Shown here in pieces: positions 50,991 through 64,000 of a stretch of 64,000 nucleotides of DNA (its first letter is position 1; every line of letters begins with the position of its first letter). Origin of the DNA: Octopus sinensis (taxonomy: Eukaryota). The stretch covers positions 47,120,001 through 47,184,000 of the forward strand of contig NC_042999.1 of assembly GCF_006345805.1 (NCBI RefSeq), read 5' to 3'. The position numbers and the translations under genes were made by a program. Under the pieces are notes generated by a model that did not search any database, had not been told where the DNA came from, and saw nothing but the letters and a program-made list of their open reading frames with translations.

Positions 50991-53688
50991 GCCTACATAG
51001 CTACTCCTGTAGAATTTTTATTTTAAGTACTTTTTCTTTTCCTTTAGAGGTGACGAATTAGACAAATTCTACTGTAGAAATCTTGTTCTATACCTTTCCA
51101 GTTGTAAGAACGTAAGAATATTAACATGCATACGCCCGCATCTTTCATTGTAATCCACCTTTTTTTCCAGACAATGCAATAAACTTAATAAATTCTCTTT
51201 TGGTAAAAAATGGAATTATTTTTCATTGTAAATGATTGAATTAAAGTAAGAACTTTATACTGTATTTTTTTAACTTTCACATATTTTTTCTTATAGTCTA
51301 AAAATAAGAAAAAGTTACCTGGACAGGGTTTCGACATTAGTTTTAGTTCTAGTTTTTAGTTTTAGTCTTCTATATTTCTTCTTTTTCTTCTATATCTGTT
51401 TTGAATTTTCTTCATTTCTTCATCATTCATTTCAGTATCCCCCATATTTAAGGTTTTAAAGAAATATCATTATTAGGACCTGTATTCAATGCAACCACCA
51501 CTATAAAGAGAAGCATCAAATCTAAAGTATGCAGGCGATACTTATTATAAATAAACGGGTGCTTATTTGAGTTAAGTAATGAAATCTGCTAGTATATTTA
51601 TTTCTTTTAAAATTAATATTTTTTTTTAGGATAATGAGAAATGTAGTTATAATTGTAAAAAATATTAGATCCTATATCATCACTGTATATAAAATGTATA
51701 TATTGAAACAAAGTGCATAATACGAAAGCACCAAAAGAGAAAGTGCCAAAATTCATTATGTAAAATAATTTCGTATATAATATTAAATATTAATGTAATA
51801 CTAATGTTATAAAATAGCGATATGAATATAGTAAGAAGAGGTAGCAAGAAGGAACGAGAATATATGAACTATATAGTAAAAAGAAAAATCTGATCATATG
51901 AATAGTAAAGTCATGACTAATATAAAATTTTAAAAGATGCATTGACTAGTTTTGCATCCACCGAAAGGTAGAATGAGTCACTTGGCCTTGTTAGCTCAAA
52001 GCTAGTTTGTTAGTCGAAATTCATGTAAAATAAAAATAAAGCCAGCAAATCAGCTACTGTTCTTGTCAACTTGCCTTAAGATATAAATCTGAACTCCGCT
52101 ACTCTTAAAATCCAATCATACTATCTGAAAGCAAAAGGCTTGTCAATTTACCCTAAGATATAATGATCTAAATTCTGCTACTCTTACTAAGTTTAAAAGC
52201 AAACAAAAAATCTTATTAAAACTTCAGAAGTTCTTACAACTTTGGTAGACGAAAAGCTATGCTTTTGTTTGTTTAATAAAAATTCCTCCTCGTATTTTGC
52301 TTTCATTTTCTGACAGACAAATATCTACCTCCCTCCAACCCCCCACTCTATCTCTCTCTCCCTCTCTAGCTATCTAGCTATGTATCTGTCTGTCTATTTA
52401 TATATCTATCTATCGATATATAAATATATATATGTGTGTGTATGTACGTGTGTGTGCGTGTGCGCGTACACAGTGTACCCACAATGTTTCCGTCTAACAA
52501 ATTCACAGTATTGGCTGTTGTTCATGATACATTCCCCAAGTGCTACGTTGTGAACTTGAACTCTGAACTACGTGTTTCCAAAATGAGATTCTTAGCTACA
52601 GAGACATATAAGTAATTACCTGACAGCATCAGTTAAAGTTAAAGTTTCTTTCTCACTGCATTCATATGGTAGTACCACCATTTTGCTTTATATCACTGCT
52701 TGTACACCTTTTGTTGTCTATTTCTCTATTCTTAATTTTGTATATTGATCAAAAATACGTAGCTTATTTAGTTCTATTTGTGTATTCGTGCAAAGCTTAA
52801 TAAAGTAAACTTTTTCCCATTTTTGTTCTTCTATAACATCGATCTTCATCACAGTAGGAAGGTATACCGTTAGGCAAATATCAAAATATAATTAATGACA
52901 CTTAGAACTGAAAGAAGAAAAACACTTTTTCACGCATTCTAAATTTATTTCAAAGTAATGAATAATTTGACTTCATCCCGACATGCACTAGAAAGTAAGT
53001 GGCACTCTGAGAATGATATTTAGGCATTTTCTGACAACAGTATTTCGTGATATCATTGTATAATTATATCTTACATGATGAGAGCTCAACATGTTGCTGT
53101 TCAGCTACACTAAGCTTCGAAAATAATGTAGATGTCGGATAGCAATATTCTAGTTTGTTGATCAAACGGAATAATGTATCAAAGTGTTTCTGCCTCTCTG
53201 ATTGTATCATTAGCTCTCCGTCTTCCTCTTTTTCCCTCTAATTAGATAGATATTTAGAATTGTTTTCAGGTGCTTGTATTTAATTCATACTTCAGAGTAA
53301 TATTAATTATAATAGGTTATTATAATATAGGAAAAATAGTTAAAACAGATTTTGTAACTTCTTGCATGACAGAAAGTGGTTACGAATCAGAATATCATCC
53401 ATAATTAATTTTTAATTCAAAATAATTTAACTCTCTGTCTGTGTGTCTTTCTGTCTGTCTATCTTTCTCTCTTTATATACAAGTGTGTGTGTGTATGTGT
53501 GTATACGTGTGTATGTGTGCGTGCGTGTGTCTGTGCGTGTGCGTGTGTCTCTGTGTTAGCGTGTGTCTGTGTTTGTGTGTGTGCGTACGTGTGCGCACGA
53601 GCATGTGTTTGCAATAAAGACACCTCTTAAGGTGACACAGAAAGAAGTAATTGTAAGACCTGACAAGGCCGAAATATTTTCTTTGTAG

Positions 53689-53803
53689 CCGGAGGAAAAT
53701 ATATAGATTTCCTCCATTACAAATCTTTTGAGTTTCATTAAAAAACTAGCTACACATAATCGAGCAACAAAGGAATTGGACGCAGAGGGATATTTGTATC
53801 ATG
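53689..53803 (+). other. Possible 115-nt exon ending in ATG (5' UTR/start exon?)
   Basis: Acceptor attttctttgtag before 53689 and donor ATG|GTAAGT at 53801-53809; all three frames from this acceptor are closed. Confidence 0.25.
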
Positions 53804-54695
53804 GTAAGTCTTGGCCAGTGTCAAATATATATGAATATTATATATTTTTCCCTTTGGTTTCAATATTTATAATCTGTACAACTAATATTAAATGCAGTTT
53901 ACATATATGTACATACGTACGTGTAAACATACATGTATGTGTTTATATGTGTGTGTGTCTATGTGTGTGCGTGCGTGTGTGTGCGTGTTAGTATGACTTG
54001 TTGCTAGTGCCTGTGCGCTTATCTTCACCAAATGAATTACAAGTTACGTCAGATAAATTTGTAATCCTGAAGATAAATTCGATAATTACACCTGAAAGAA
54101 TGAATGGAACTGATAATGAATATAATACAAATAATAGATTAGAATGGAATGAAACTTAAATGAAGTAACTATAAAAGAGATAAAATACAAAAATAATTAC
54201 TCTCAATATTTATACAAATAAAACGGACAACGTAATTGTAAACAAAAATAAAGGAATAAAAATAAGAGAGAGTTATAATTGAAGAAGTAAGTGTAAACAT
54301 AGTTAAAGTGGCGAGCACGATAACGTTAATTAATCGTGACTAAACCATAACGTCTGTAATTATAATGTGGCACCTGTCGTCACCAGGAATAGATATAAAT
54401 GAATACAAGATAAACAAAATAATTATCAAGTTGAAAATTCATGTAACTAAAGTAAAGTGAATAGGAAAAAATATTACGTAGCGTTTAAAATTAATGTTTC
54501 AAACACCTCATTTACACATATATGTGTCAGCGTTAATAATTACAATATCGTCGATTTACTGTTCTATTACATTAGGGTAATCTTATCCGATTTTATACGA
54601 TGTCCTTGGAAAATCCTAATAATATATCGCAAACAACTTTAATATGTCGATGATGCAATATGAGGTGAGAAATATTGCGTAAAGGGTTTCATTTA

Positions 54696-54735
<40 letters not shown>

Positions 54736-54822
54736 CAAAGTAAAGTTGTAAGGAACTGCACGAAAGAAATTATATATGAAAGAAGGTTTTGAAAATGCAA
54801 TAACTTTTCGAAATGTTTATTG

Positions 54823-54864
54823 ACTTGACCGGTTTCACTTTTTTAGAAAGAGATTGTCAAAAGT
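54823..54864 (-). ncRNA. Hammerhead-like motif, U3-A8 variant, GUC triplet
   Basis: Minus strand ACTT-TTGACAA-tctctttctaaaaaagt-GAAA-CCGG-TC-AAGT; stem I ACTT/AAGT; stem II imperfect. Confidence 0.55.
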
Positions 54865-55769
54865 AGAAAAAATATAAAGCTTTGTATAAGCGTTGTTGTG
54901 TTGTGTTTGGTTATCACAAAATTATTAAAATACAGTAATACATTCTTTGATAACGATAAGAAAATGCTAAAAACAGTTTGCAAGAAAGTAATCAAGAAAG
55001 TATTTATAACGGGACTACAATAAGTATTATGTCAATAAAAATCATGTTTGGTAGTATGAGAACGTTTATAATACACTCGCTATCCACTCTTCCTTTAGGT
55101 TTGGGCTATTTTTATTTCTGCATTTCATCATATACAGATAAATGTAAGAGAAGACTGTTACGCTACGAATGCAATTTCTATATATGTTGTAGTATATGAG
55201 ATTAAATCATCGCAGGTACGCCTCAATGCAACATTTGTTTACATACATATGGAAGACATACTTGAGAAGAGATGGTAGAAAAAGTCAAGTGTGTTTATTT
55301 CAGTCTGCTGCATCAACGTAAAGAATGCTTTAGAACAGTCACTACAGTAGCATAACGAAACTTGTGAGTTGCTTCAGAAATCAGCAAATGATTTCTTGAT
55401 TGACTAATAGTTAGATGATATTTAGCAGACACGGCTGCAGATTTACAAGAGAAGCAAGCACTTATTTATGTAGAAATAATTAATGTGTAATATGTTTAGA
55501 AATTTTATTTCGGGGAAAAGTTCATGGTTATAAATAACACAGTAAAGTTCATATCTAAATATCCAATTCATAATTAGACTATAGGCGTGAATGATAGCAC
55601 AATTCTGTAGTTTAGAAGGTTGAATGGGAATTTTCTCTAATAAATTGGCTTTAGTCAATTTATGTCATACTTCTACATATTTTAATTGTATTCTTGCATA
55701 ATAAAATTCATATTTAACACTTTCTTTGTAATAATAACTATAATAATAGTTTTAGTATAAAAAAAAAAT

Positions 55770-56185
55770 GGGCTACAAAAAATATTCTGCTCAATACCCC
55801 AGATTTGCCCGTCAGACGCTTGACCATAACCAGTTGAGCGTGTCGCTTAGTGGCTGACGCTATGTGCAACTCTGATCACGGGCAGGGGTAGTGAGTAGCA
55901 TCATAGCAATTTGTTGAGAGAGAAACTTTGGGGAGTTGAATAATTCCCCTCTGGAAATAGAGTGTTTCGTTCATCATTCTTAAGCAAATTTTTTGCGTGG
56001 TATAAGCTACTCGACTTAAAAAATATTCTAACTCGGCTCTATCTGCAAAGTCATGCGCTGTTTATCTTGATATGAGATCACAATGTTGTGCATATGTAGT
56101 TGTGATGCATGTGCCTGATGTAACCTTATTAGACGGGTAATCATTATACGCAAATTCGGCATCAGATACTTGTCCCCCACGGCCT
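55770..56185. repeat. Interspersed repeat of unassigned class
   Basis: Higher-GC block (aatattctgctcaatacc..ccagttgagc..ttagtggctgacg..tctgatcacg) that I recognise as a recurrent octopus repeat; not verified. Confidence 0.35.
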
Positions 56186-56199
56186 CTTTGAAGACATGC

Positions 56200-58108
56200 A
56201 TTTCTTCTTCTTCTTCTTCTTCTTCTTATATAAAAACTCACAGCTTATTTTGCTGGGTACGACAGAAAGTATCATATGTCCACATCTAGTAGACCAAGGT
56301 GACACTTGTTTACTGGTCATGCTTCAAGAACACTGCCAAGAATTCTTGCAGTTCCAAGCAATACTCTCTCTCTCTCTCTTTTACTCTTTTACTTGTTTCA
56401 GTCATTTGACTGCGGCCATGCTGGAGCACCGCCTTTAATCGAGCAACTCGACCCCGGGACTTATTCTTTGTAAGCCTAGTACTTATTCTATCGGTCTTTT
56501 TTACCGAACCGCTAAGTGACGGGGACATAAACACACCAGCATCGGTTGTCAAGCAATGTTAGGGGGACAAACACAGACACACAAACATACATGCACACAC
56601 GCATATATATATACATTATATACATTTATACGACGGGCTTCTTTCAGTTTCCGTCTACCAAACCCACTCACAAGGCTTTGGTCGGTCCGAGGCTATAGTA
56701 GAGGACACTTGCCCAGGGTGCCACGCAGTGAGACTGAACCCGGAACCATGTGGTTGGTAAACAAGCTATTTACCACACAGCCACTCCTGCGCCTGCTGAT
56801 TTTTGTAGGTGTTCTACCATCACATCTACTCTCTTCATTGACCACAACCTTCGTTTTCTCACTTCATTTCATCATAGTTATATATATCTTTCCTTCTTTC
56901 ACATTGATCCTATTGTCACCTGGGCATGCTATGTCGATTATCATACATGTTATTTCATTTTTATTCACCACAACAACGTCCGCTTTCTGATATCTTGTTA
57001 GGTGATCGCACTGGATCATTGTATCCCACAGAATTTTGCAATCCTCACTTCCGGTAACTCCTTCTGGACTTTGCACCTACCACGTCCTTGCTCTTTGTAT
57101 TAGGTAATTTCCACAAAGCTACAAATATGTCATTCTTACCACATTGTCATGGCGTCTTCTGTATTTACGTTTTGGCAATTTCGGGCATTTGCTAACGATG
57201 TGCCATACCATTTCACACCTCTCACCAAACATTCTGCATTTGTCGCTATCGGTAGTGTTATCTAATCTGCACTTCATATATTTGGTCTTTAATGCTTGCC
57301 CCTGAGCTGCGCATATGAGTGCTTTTGTCTCTAACTTGAGGTCAAACCTTCAACTACATAGTTATCGGTCCTCTGTATTTCTTTCTTGCGCTCATATCTC
57401 TTGCAAATTGACTGCACATTTTCTTTTCCTTCCATGTCTTATTTTTGTTCAATTCTTGTTTAAATTGTCGATGTTGATGACACCGGACTTCTTCCTATGT
57501 TTCAATAGTGGCTGCACGGCATTGTATATATACCCCCTTAATATGTTCTCTTCTGCTTCCATACAGTCCTGGCAACTGATCAAACCTCGCTCAGCCTTTC
57601 TGCTGGACAAGTACAGCCTATCGGTGTAACTTTTAGGGTAGAAGTCAACATTTTTCTGATTTTGGTATCCATTTTCTTCAATTCTCTATTTCCCACAACA
57701 TACTGAAGTGATGGTATCGCCCACGTATTAAGTACTTGGATTTTATTCCATCCAGTCAATTTTGAGCGCAACACCAGCCTCAGATTTTGGTAATATTCAA
57801 TCCTCAGTTGCTATTTTATTTCTTCTTCTATTATCTCTTTGAACTGCAGTGAACCAAGGTATTTATAACCTTCCGTTTCAAGTCTCTATTTGGTAATTCT
57901 ATCCCTGCTAGGGACTGCACCTTGACTCTTTTTAGGTAGATTGTTCCGCAATTCTTGAGTCCAAATGCCGTTTTAACATCAGTACAAAAACAGTGAACCG
58001 TTTTCACTGAGAGACACTTTTGTGTCTCATTTTTGCCATTCACTTTCAAATGATCCATGAAGAGGTGGTTGATTGTATGAGATTCTCCCTTTAGTTGGTA
58101 CGTCATGA
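56200..58108 (-). mobile_element. R4/Dong-like non-LTR retrotransposon (RT 3' part, zinc knuckle, restriction-like endonuclease), 5'-truncated, interrupted by a SINE
   Basis: INHLFMDHLK, EGYKYLG, NKIQVLNTWAIP, DKCRMFGERCEMVWHIVSKC..RRRHDNV, ILWD..ADVVVVNK..IIDIACPGD, VLLGTARILGSVLEA*; (AAG)n tail near 56204-56228. Confidence 0.9.
56375..56790 (-). mobile_element. SINE family B nested in the R4/Dong-like element
   Basis: Head gcaggagtggctgtgtgg at about 56790, tail gaaacaagtaaaagagt at about 56385; LINE frame resumes below it. Confidence 0.9.
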
Positions 58109-58109
58109 T

Positions 58110-58112
58110 TTA

Positions 58113-58187
<75 letters not shown>
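58110..58187. repeat. (ATT)n microsatellite at the 5' end of the R4/Dong-like element
   Basis: Direct reading. Confidence 0.95.
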
Positions 58188-58188
<1 letters not shown>

Positions 58189-58594
58189 AGCAGGAAGATG
58201 GTAAAATCGTTACTGCACCTGATAAATAAAATATTTGGTTATTGATAGAATAAATGTCATTTGATCACTGGAGTCAATATAATCGAGTTACTCCCATAAC
58301 TGAAATTGCCGGCCTTGTGCCAAAATTAGAAACCATTATAATCATTCGAATTGACTCTGCATTGGTCTTATTCCTGGTAGCATTTATGTGGGTCTTTTTC
58401 CTGATAGCATTTATATGGTTACTACCAGTAACCTTCGGTTTCCACATTCTCAATAAACTTTCAAGTGCTCAAAACATACATACATACATACATGTGCGTC
58501 GGTGACTGACTGTGTGTCGGTGCATGCGAATAAGTGGCTCTGTTTTCTTACCACTTTATCGTCTAAATATCGATCAAAAATATTTTCTATCTGC

Positions 58595-58955
58595 TGGAGT
58601 GGTTGTGTGGTGAGTAGCTTGCTTGTAAGACACATGGTTCCCTGTTCAGTCCCACTGTGTGATGCCTTGGGCAAGTGCCTTCCACTATAACTTCGGACCG
58701 ACCACAGCCATGTGAGTGGTTTTGGTAGACAGCAAATGTGTGTGTTTGTGTGACTGTGTTTGTACAACACACCTTCGCTTGACAACCGATGTTTGTGTGT
58801 TTACGTTCCCGATAGCTAGTGGTTCGGCAAAAGAGACCGATAGATTAAGTACTAGGCTCACAAGGAATAAGTTCCACGGTTGACTTGTTCGACTAAAGGT
58901 GGTGTTCCAGCATGGCCGCAGTCAAATGACTGAAACGAATAAAAGAATAAAAGAA
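58595..58955 (+). mobile_element. SINE family B
   Basis: ggagtggttgtgtggtgagtagc..ccttgggcaagtgcc..ccagcatggccgcagtcaaatgactgaaac. Confidence 0.9.
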
Positions 58956-59095
58956 TATGTGGGAATTGTTGAAATAACTTTGGAGATTATGCTGAATATT
59001 TCTCGAAAATGTTTTTATGAATATGAATTTATATATAGTTATCTTTTCCTTTTTTCTAAGTAGACAGTCAATCCGTAACACTTATTGAGACCAAC

Positions 59096-59416
59096 CCCTC
59101 GGTCATGACTGACTGTGGGATTGCACCTAGAAAGTTACCCTCCCAAGTCCGGGCATGGTTGTTTATTGAAGATCAGCAGTCGCCCATGCATACCGGCCTC
59201 CCCTCTCCACACCAACGATGTTATGCAAGTGAAAGGCAAAGGTCGATACAGCTTGGTGACTGTGACGTCGCAACCCATTTCTACAGCTGAGAGAACTGGA
59301 GCAACGTGAAATAAAGTGTCTTGCTCAAGAACACAACACACAGCTCGGTCCGGGATTCGAACTCACAGCCCCTGGATCGTAAGCTCGACGCTCTAACCAC
59401 TGAGTCATGCGCCTTC
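59096..59416 (-). mobile_element. tRNA-derived SINE family C
   Basis: Head ggcgcatgactcagtggttagagcg..gagttcgaatccc with A and B boxes, followed by gtgttcttgagcaagacacttta, a conserved SINE central-domain-like segment. Confidence 0.8.
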
Positions 59417-59743
59417 ACATAATCCGTAACGCTACTCTTATTACATCAACATTTACAGTAATGAAAATATAATTATCTTACAGTTGGAAAAGAAATTATA
59501 ACGTGTTTGGAAAGAAAATTAGAGAATGGATTATACTATAAATAATAAGTTCTAGTTACAACTTTCGAATCCAGAACGACTTTAATTGAATCAACATTAT
59601 ATTTCTAGACTTGCTATTGTCTTAAATCTTCGCCTATATATACGCATTGTGTAAATTATTTCATAGAATAGGATTCATATGCTGTCTGTTTCTAATTAAA
59701 TTATTAATCTCGAATGCTGAAAGTCACAACTAAAATTAAACGT

Positions 59744-59829
<86 letters not shown>

Positions 59830-60248
59830 TATATGTATGTATAGCTTACGTATATAGGATTTTACGAACGAATGTTGAGAAATTTTATGAAGGAAATTTA
59901 CTGAAACAATTAAATCATCGAATTATTTACTTGATGCAATAAAATTTTATTAAAACCATTACATTTGCGTACGTAGTGTACGCATTCATTTTCAATCAGT
60001 GAACATAACCAAAACATCCTCCGTTAATATGACTTTACTGATTTTAATAAGATTCCAAATTATATTAAAATTTTGCTAGCGGGGGTTTAACAAATATTTC
60101 AGTGAATGGGGACATTAACTAAAATTCAAATTTAATTATGACTAGTTTATACTCAATCAAAACAAATCCTTTGAGTTTTTGCTGCGTTACAAAACAATCT
60201 TTATGAAATACAAAGCAAAACAATGTATGATGTATGCATATACGTGTG

Positions 60249-60285
<37 letters not shown>

Positions 60286-60721
60286 CTGTCTGTACATAGT
60301 ACTACCCTAATTCTCTATATGAGTTCTAGAATACCTAATGTGTATTTTAAATGCTAAGTGCAGTTGGTCATTTAGCTACGATAGAGTCCCGTTTATTTGT
60401 GTACGATTGCCTGTAATTCTTTTGAGTGCAGGAAAAAATGGCAGTGCAATCTCTGCGATATTTGTTCCGAATCTTCACGTCCAGTGTATAAATTCCATCA
60501 GGGCCAGATTGGCAGACATACTTAATCCATCACCTAGTTTAGCTTCACCACCTTTATTTAAACTTAGTTTGTTGCAATTATTTTGGTCAAATCTCTGCTT
60601 TGAGGATACGTGCAATCCTTCCTCTATTTAATCTCGGAGGAACGAAAATGGGTCATGGGGAAATGCTTTCTTTCCTGACTAACCTATAAAAAACAAATAA
60701 TCAAAAGAAATAATACACGTT

Positions 60722-61292
60722 TAGGCGGCGAGTTGGCAGGAAATGCTTAGTGGTATATCGTCTGCGGTTACGTTGTCAATTCAAATTCCGCCGAGGTCGA
60801 TTTGTCTTTCATCCTTTCGGGGGTCGATTAAATAAGTACCAGTTACATACGGGGGTTGATGTAATCTACTTAATCCACTTGTCTGTCCTTGTTTGTCCCC
60901 TCTGTGTTTAGCCCCTTGTGGATAGTAAAGAAATAGGTATTTTGTCTGCAGTTACATTCTGAGTTCAAATTCCGCCGAGGTCGACTTTGCCTTTCGGGGT
61001 CGATAAATTCAGTACCAGTTTCGCACTGGGGTCGATGTAATACACTTAATCCGTTTGTCTGTCCTTGTTTGTCTTCTCTGTGTTTAGCCCCTTGTGTGTA
61101 GTAAATAAATAGGTATTTTGTCTGCCGTTACGTTCTGAGTTCAAATTCCGCCCAGGTCGACTTTGCCGTTCATCCTTTCGGGTGTCGAGAAAATATGTAC
61201 CAGTTACGCACTGGGTTCGATGTAATCGACTTAATCCCTTTGTCTGTTCTTGTTTGTCCCCTCTATGTTTAGCTCCTTGTGGGCAAAAAAAA
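60722..61292 (+). mobile_element. SINE family A trimer
   Basis: Three units with tcaaattccgcc(g/c)aggtcga joined by gtaaa(g/t)aaata|ggtattttgtctgc. Confidence 0.9.
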
Positions 61293-61651
61293 GAAACTAT
61301 ACGGGTTATTGCGTGCTTGTTGATAAGTATTTTTTTTTTCATTTTATAAATCATTGCTTTACTTAAATCATGTAGATTTCTACTATTTAGATTTTACATA
61401 GCTCTATGTGCTACACAAGCAAAAAGTAATTCTTACATTTGTATCCTTCCGAAATCAGACGTACTTTTCTTATAATATATGAGACAAAATATGTCTTAGA
61501 TAATAACTGAGACTCATTCTATATGAAAAAGTTCGTAGATAGCATTAAGTTTCTAGATTTTTCATTATAAATTACATTAATCGAGAAATAATACATTAGC
61601 TTGAACATAGTTATTTCTCAGCATAGAAGTTCTAATGTAATCGTGCTATCT

Positions 61652-61860
61652 TAAGGCGCAAGCTGCCAGGATCGTTACCGCACCGGTCAACATTTTTTTG
61701 TGGCATTTCTTTAAGTTTTGTGCTGAAATACCTACGGAGTCGACTTTACAATTCATCCTTTCGGGGTCAGGAAAATACATACCAGTTGAGCGCTGCGGCC
61801 AATATAATCGACTAATCTCCTCCCCTGAAATTGCTGGCTGTGTGCCAATATTTAAAATCA
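61652..61860 (+). mobile_element. SINE family A variant, degenerate
   Basis: ggcgcaagctgccaggatcgttacc head, gtcgacttt..catcctttcggggtc, ccctgaaattgctggctgtgtgcc tail. Confidence 0.7.
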
Positions 61861-62842
61861 CTATAATCGTGTCATATCAACTTTTATTTGAGTTTGTTCG
61901 TATTTCTAGATTATTGTGATTATATTTTGTTCAAAACACTGAATATAATATTATATTCCAAAATTAGGTTTTTCAAAAAATTTGATATTTGTAATATCCA
62001 GCAAGCCGGAGTTTCTCGTTTCATCAATTAGTTTACTACTAATACCAATAAATGAATTTGAATATGTAAAATATTGCATTAAAGATTCTTTGTGAATAAA
62101 CAAATAACAAAACCCTGATTGCTAAAACTATGAAACGTCTACAAATATTGAGAAATTGCGCAGTAAAAATCAGATACTCTAATTTATTTTACATTTTGAA
62201 ATCTGTTCATATTCGTTTGAAATTATATGCAACATACGTATCATAAAATAAAATATGCTAAATAATATTCATGTAAGAAAATATTTAAAATAAATTTATT
62301 GGCATCCATATGCTGCCGCTAAGGAGAATCATAAAATTCAGCTTTAAAAAAAGCTGAAAATATATACACAAATATTTAGAAATTATTGTCCCGAGATAGA
62401 ATTACCAAATACCAAGAAATGCATTATTTTATAACATATATTCGACAACAGCCATAGATATTTGCATAGTGGGAATATCAAAGGGAAATTTTAATGTTAT
62501 TAATAATCTATTGAATATAAACTTCCATTATGCAAAATATAATACATATCGCTAAGATTCTAGCATACATAACGCCTACTTTCCTCCGTGTGTTTGTGTG
62601 TGTAAGCTTGTGTATATGTTGACACGTGTGTGCATATGTATATATATCTATATATATATATATGGAAAATGTCAAGATAGAAAATGCTAAATTAATTTTA
62701 TAAAAAAACATTTCAGTACCAGTTTCAGGCACCGTGACTTTTTCAACTGTAAGTATTAAATAATTAAATTGAGAAAAATTAAAAGAAAAGTTTTTTTAAA
62801 AGAATATTTGTATTACATTTTCCTTGTTTCTGCCTGTCTCTG

Positions 62843-62922
<80 letters not shown>

Positions 62923-62997
62923 TATATATATGTATATATATATAGTGTGTGTGTGCACACATAGATTACTATGGTATGAGTTACACCTCCAAGTAGC

Positions 62998-62999
62998 TG

Positions 63000-63043
<44 letters not shown>

Positions 63044-63055
63044 CATCATCATTAT
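62998..63055. repeat. (ATT)n/(ATC)n microsatellite
   Basis: Direct reading. Confidence 0.95.
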
Positions 63056-63251
63056 TCAGTTGGTTCCTCGACGATCCCTGTACTTAGAAGCGTTACTAGT
63101 TGTAAAGTGCACAGAATGCGAAGTCAAAATTCAGATCAGCATGTGTATAAACATTTAGACCCTTCGTACCTTGCACAATTTTAGTTAATCATCCAATAAC
63201 GAGTTCCAAATAACGGCAGGACCTAAATTGAATATTCATACTGTTGTCATG

Positions 63252-63304
<53 letters not shown>

Positions 63305-64000
63305 CATACATACACACATACACACAGATATATATATATACATTTATATTTAGCACTTCAACGATATAGTGAGTATACGAGTATAATCTAGAGGCTATAT
63401 GAGCCATGCATAACCTTTTAAATAAGTTTTGTTGTGCTTCTTTCTTAATATAAGATTTGAAAATAATAGGAATAACAATATTTATAAAAATATGTATAAC
63501 TCTGGTCTTCTATTCGTATAACTTCTTGGAAACTTGAAACTGAAAACATCCTAAGTTTATGACTCATTGAACAAAAATAGTTTCAGATATTTTCACAATA
63601 TGGTTAAGTACATACAAGTTGCATACGCAATAAGAAATATCGATGTAGGAATGCATCAACTCATCAAATCAATTTGCCCAGAGAGAGAAAGAGACTTACT
63701 TCAGATCAGAAATGCGAGCTTGTCAATATTCCCTCAATATATTCTGATATAAATGTTTGATAAATGGTTTTATAGATCACATATGTTATTTTGTATATGT
63801 ATAATACAGTCAGCTGCATACCCTCAAGACACACAGTAAGTCTCTCAGCCGAATGAAATGTAGCTGTTGATATTGAGTACCAGAGACAATTGTCTTTAGA
63901 AAACATTTTCTAAACTATAATTACATAGAAGTTATATTGATTTATAGTAAAACATTGTTATCTTGTCATCCATATAAAAAAATGAGTTGTATATTAAATG

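Noticed and set aside
51314-51450. Minus-strand segment ending CCAG|GTAACT with short ORFs (MGDTEMNDEE.., MSKPCP)
   Set aside because: Low-complexity purine-rich sequence with in-frame stops; no homology recognised
59340-59416. tRNA-like cloverleaf with A and B boxes
   Set aside because: Acceptor and anticodon stems pair poorly and it runs directly into a SINE body; it is a SINE head

Overview
AT-rich eukaryotic DNA, most likely from an octopus or other cephalopod. This is inferred from the SINE types and the dense (TA)n/(CA)n/(GATA)n microsatellites, not from a search. I find no confidently supported host protein-coding gene; most ORFs in the track are translations of microsatellites. The window is mostly transposon debris: a near-complete Penelope-like retroelement (RT + GIY-YIG) with an inverted pseudo-LTR (about 9.1-13.9 kb), two further Penelope-like relics, R4/Dong-like and RTE LINE fragments, one Tc1 and two mariner elements, at least three tRNA-derived SINE families, and a 100-N scaffold gap. 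The main result is a set of hammerhead-ribozyme motifs read directly from the sequence. Two canonical ones lie in opposite orientation in a 956-bp non-coding foldback element (21531-22486), two U3-A8 variants lie in the Penelope arms, and further degenerate ones lie in short TA-flanked elements. SINE and relic boundaries are approximate. All alignments and folds were done by eye.
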